This document shows positions 60,601-64,000 of a stretch of DNA of 64,000 bases, piece after piece; the stretch's first letter is position 1; the number at the start of each line of letters is the position of its first letter. Location: assembly GCA_048013815.1 (NCBI GenBank), contig CM106585.1, positions 10,912,001-10,976,000 on the forward strand, written 5' to 3'. The notes under the pieces are model-generated. The model was not told the origin of the DNA and searched no databases. It was given only the letters and a program-made list of their open reading frames with translations. The DNA comes from Setoptus koraiensis. Lineage: Eukaryota; Animalia; Arthropoda. A program made the position numbers and the translations under genes.

Positions 60601-62315
60601 ATGCCTTCGTGCAAGCAGCAATCGTCAAATAAGTGTTCGCTCTACGATGAGACCAGGCCCGTGGTCAATGGGCACAAGAGGCACGGTGCACGAGCACAAC
60701 AATGTTACAATACGATGCAACAATCAATTAATGCAACAACAACAACAAATTCCGCCGTGTCATTGTATAGTGATACGGGCAAACAAATAATAACATCGTC
60801 GCAAAATATACAAATAGACGATGAGCAAAAAGATGATGAACACAAACAACAACAGAGCCTGTCGCTGGTGGAGCGTCTGGGCAAACGAATACCCGGTTTC
60901 GGTATTGCGCTGGCCGTGATGGCGTCCTTTTTCCTCGGCTCAGCGGGACTTTTAGTGAAACTGACCGACTCGGTGCACGGAATTCAGGTGGCCGTCTTCA
61001 GGTAATTACAGCACGATTCACAATGTTTGTCACAACAGCGTGATTCGCAACGTTTAAAACATCTCGCGCGCTCGTCCATTAAATCGCATCTCACCTGTCC
61101 CGAATATACTTTGAATGTGTGCTGAATTGATATTTGATTATAAATTAAATTAAATATTGAATTAAATATTGAATTAAATATTGAATTAAAGGGCCGTATT
61201 TCAGCTGTTCGTGTACTCGCTGATATTGCTGTATCAGCGCCAGTCGGTGTGGCCGGCCCAGGGCGAGGTGCTGGCGGTCGGCATGCGCGCCCTACTGGGC
61301 AGTATCAGTATCACGTGCAGTTATACCGCTCTGAAATTAATACCGCTAGGTGACGCAACAACAATACGCTTCTCGCTGCCCATTTGGACGCTTATTATTG
61401 GTCACGTTTTTCTCAAGGAGCCCCTGTATGTTATCAATGTTGTTGCGGTGGCCGTGTCAATAATTGGCGTCGCTCTAATAGCAAAACCTAGCGAATGTAT
61501 GGAAATAGTCGCCTGGATTAGTGGTCAGGAATCGTTTCAGCAACTCACCCCCACCGATCTCAATGTCAGCCGAGTGGAGGGCAGTCTCATTGCGCTGGCC
61601 AGTAGCATTTGTTTGGCCATATCGTTTATAGCGCTGAGAATGTGCAAAAAAACAAGCGCATCCATTGTGATATTTTGGCTATCGGTGGGCTCGGTGACGG
61701 TGGGCGTCGCAACATTGGCCACAATAAATCAATTGAACATACCCAACAGTTGGCTCGAATTTGCCATGATAGTGGCCAACGGAGTTTGCGGGGCCTTCGG
61801 TCAGTATTTCATAACGGTGGCGCTCAAAATAGAAGAGTCGGGGCCCATTTCGTTGGCGCGAACCTTCGACATTGTGGTGGCATTTGTGTACAGCGCCGTT
61901 CTGTTGCACGAAGAGATCAAGGGCACAAGGTGAGCAGCGCGCGCGTCAACACAAACAGCGCCAAAAGTCCTGCACCCTGCCACTCGCGGGCCACTGCCCA
62001 CTAATGCGCGCAGTGGCATTTGGGAAAGGAGCAGGACTTTCTGGCAAAAGTGTCGGGCAACTCTTTTATCGAAATTGCCAAATTTTTCCCATTTGCCTAT
62101 CACACTGCTATTCACAGTTTGTGAATCGCAGAGCCATGTCGCGCTGACAATATCATGTTTAACTAACTGTTGCAACGATTTCTCACTCAATTAGCATCAT
62201 CGGATCGATACTGGTGTCGTCGAGCGTTATCAGCGTGGTGCTGTCGAAATGGTTTGGGCCCAGCCTCTGTTTTGGGCGCTTCTCAAGAGCGAAGAAGAGC
62301 CTCGAGTCGAGCTAA
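60601..62315 (+). CDS. SLC35G1: SLC35G1-like EamA/DMT transporter, ~419 aa; exons 60601-61001, 61192-61929, 62195-62315
   Basis: GIALAVMASFF..LVKL..IQVAVFR|AVFQ, RALLGSISITCSYTALKLIPLGDATTIRFSLPIWT..FLKEP, GQYFITVALKIEESGPISLARTFDIVVAF..LLHEEI..|SIIGSILV. Both introns are phase 2. Confidence 0.8.
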
Positions 62316-62457
62316 ACATTATATTTTATATTGTATAAATGATGTTATGATGACTAAATCTATATTATAGTGCAATTCGTATATTTAACTGTCCGTGCCA
62401 TTTGCCTGTGTTTTATCTATATTGTGTTGGTCGTAATTAGAGGTCGCTCGTCGTTGC

Positions 62458-62638
62458 CACACTGACCAACGCTGACCAACACTGACCAACGCTGACCGAC
62501 ACTGACCGACACTGACCAACGGAGCGCACAGTGGATGCACACGGTAGCCGCACAGCAGTAGCAGCAACAACAGCAACAACAACAGCAGCAACGGGTGGTT
62601 TACCTGATCGGAGCGGACATTTAGGCCACTTGCCCACC

Positions 62639-62682
<44 letters not shown>
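62458..62682. repeat. 10-bp tandem (CACTGACCAA-like) x~6 and (CA)n microsatellite
   Basis: 10-bp array at 62458-62520; (CA)n at ~62640-62682. Confidence 0.85.
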
Positions 62683-62686
<4 letters not shown>

Positions 62687-63486
62687 GCGAGCAAAGTGAA
62701 TTACGTCAGTTTCACTTGATGCCGATCGCTGTTAGCTATCAACTATCAACTATCGGCTATTAGCTGTTCGTTGGGGCTAATGGCTAATAACGCACAGTTA
62801 CGCAACTTGTAGTTGTTTTTGTTTCTTCTCTATGGACCAAAGTTACAGTTATTGGTCGTGTTGGCCCAGTTGTGTGTGTGTGTGTTCGAGGAACCGTTTA
62901 GTTGGATACCGCAACACTGTATATAGGATATAAGAGAGTGAGTGCCAACGTTAGAATTAGTTTCGTCTTAGCACAGCGAGACAGCGAGCGAGCGAGCGAG
63001 AGAGAGAGAGAGAGAGCGAAATGGCAAGAGTATTATATAATGGCTTCATATTGGAGCAGACACATAGCGACTGGCAGCAGTTGCTCAGTTGATAGTTGAC
63101 GCAATAAAATGAAATGACCGATATATCGACGGATGCTTTTATTCTCATATTATTATTATTATTTGATTATCGGTGTGACTTTCGAGTGGCACCAACAACC
63201 GATGAGCGTCGCTACACAGCCGAGCGCTATGTGTGCCACATGGAGCGTGAGCGAGCGTTTATTTCAAAAGTATTCCAAGCGAGTTGAATGAAGCAAAACG
63301 ATGAGCCGACTGGCCGATGAGAAGCGACTTGTTGGTGTTTAGTGACCAACTGCGAACGCTTCTTCTTTTGTTCTTGTCGCTGTTGTCGCTGACCATTAGC
63401 CAGCGATTGCAGCGCACCACGGCGAGCAGCAAAAAGTGGTCTACGCAACAAAGAGGCCACCTGTCCATGGTTGCAGCATCGTCGGC

Positions 63487-63575
63487 GAGTCTCGTCGCAG
63501 TTTCGGCCGAGTCTCGTCGCAGTTTCGGCCGAGTCTCGTCGCAGTGGCGGCCGAGTCTCGTCGCAGTGGCGGCGG
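63487..63575. repeat. 22-bp tandem repeat x4
   Basis: Unit GAGTCTCGTCGCAGTTTCGGCC, with variant GCAGTGGCGGCC. Confidence 0.9.
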
Positions 63576-64000
63576 CCAGTCTCAGCGGAGAGCGTCATGG
63601 GCATTAGCGCAGACATAGGTGTGAGTCGCTTGAAACAATCGTCAGCGATCGTCGAGGATCGCCGATGGCATCAAAACTGTTGTTGTCGTTGTTGTTGTTG
63701 TCGTTGTTTCTGTTGTTGCTGCTGCTGCTGCGTTTGCACCGTGTCCAACTGACCGACACTAACCGTTCCACGCAACCATACTGCACAACTTCACCTGTTG
63801 CCTGTCGCTCCTACGTTCACCTGCTTACCTGTTGGCCCGTTGGCCCGTTGGCCCAACTGTGATGATTCGCTGAACTTTTACTTATTTGTGGTGATGTTGT
63901 TGCCAACATGCACAAAGTGAGCGTTGTGTTCGTCGGCGATTGCCAATTGCGAAAAGTTGCCTCGTCGCGCCATTCGCTGTCACAACTGCTGTGCCTTTTG

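Noticed and set aside
37581-63862. Well over a hundred short track ORFs with poly-L/V/T/C/Q or periodic sequences
   Set aside because: They are by-products of stop-poor microsatellites and tandem repeats, or antisense/shifted frames of the cadherin exons, and show no domain motifs.
1-64000. Transposase, reverse transcriptase, tRNA or rRNA genes
   Set aside because: No DDE, RT or integrase motifs, terminal inverted repeats with target-site duplications, cloverleaf boxes or rRNA signatures were recognised by eye; a tRNAscan or RepeatMasker run would be needed to exclude them fully.

Overview
Eukaryotic (animal) genomic DNA with GT-AG introns and no prokaryotic features. It is probably an acariform mite, possibly a plant-feeding eriophyoid or tetranychoid; this is inferred from a cytosolic bacterial-type UGT, intronless housekeeping genes and extreme gene compaction. 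The window has two contrasting domains. The first (1 to ~37.5 kb) is AT-rich and gene-dense. It opens with a rapidly turning-over cluster of signal-peptide-bearing PP2C-fold genes: two intact 3-exon copies, two frameshifted copies (one chimeric) and older decayed remnants, all lacking several metal-binding Asp residues. It continues with a CPPED1 pseudogene, DEF8, GTF3C6, NDUFAF8, SKP1, TMEM184C, a UGT, a secreted CUB protein, a secreted low-complexity protein, WDR61, RPS27 (missed by the ORF track), a Tyr/Pro-rich secreted protein and GCLC. The second domain (~37.5-64 kb) is GC-richer and saturated with short tandem repeats. It holds a 4-exon Cad96Cb-like cadherin of ~2,600 aa, inflated by large in-frame low-complexity insertions, and a 3-exon SLC35G1-like transporter. 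The best candidate for a new system is the secreted PP2C pseudophosphatase family, a possible salivary effector family. Gene models were built by hand from splice signals and recalled protein motifs; no database search was run.
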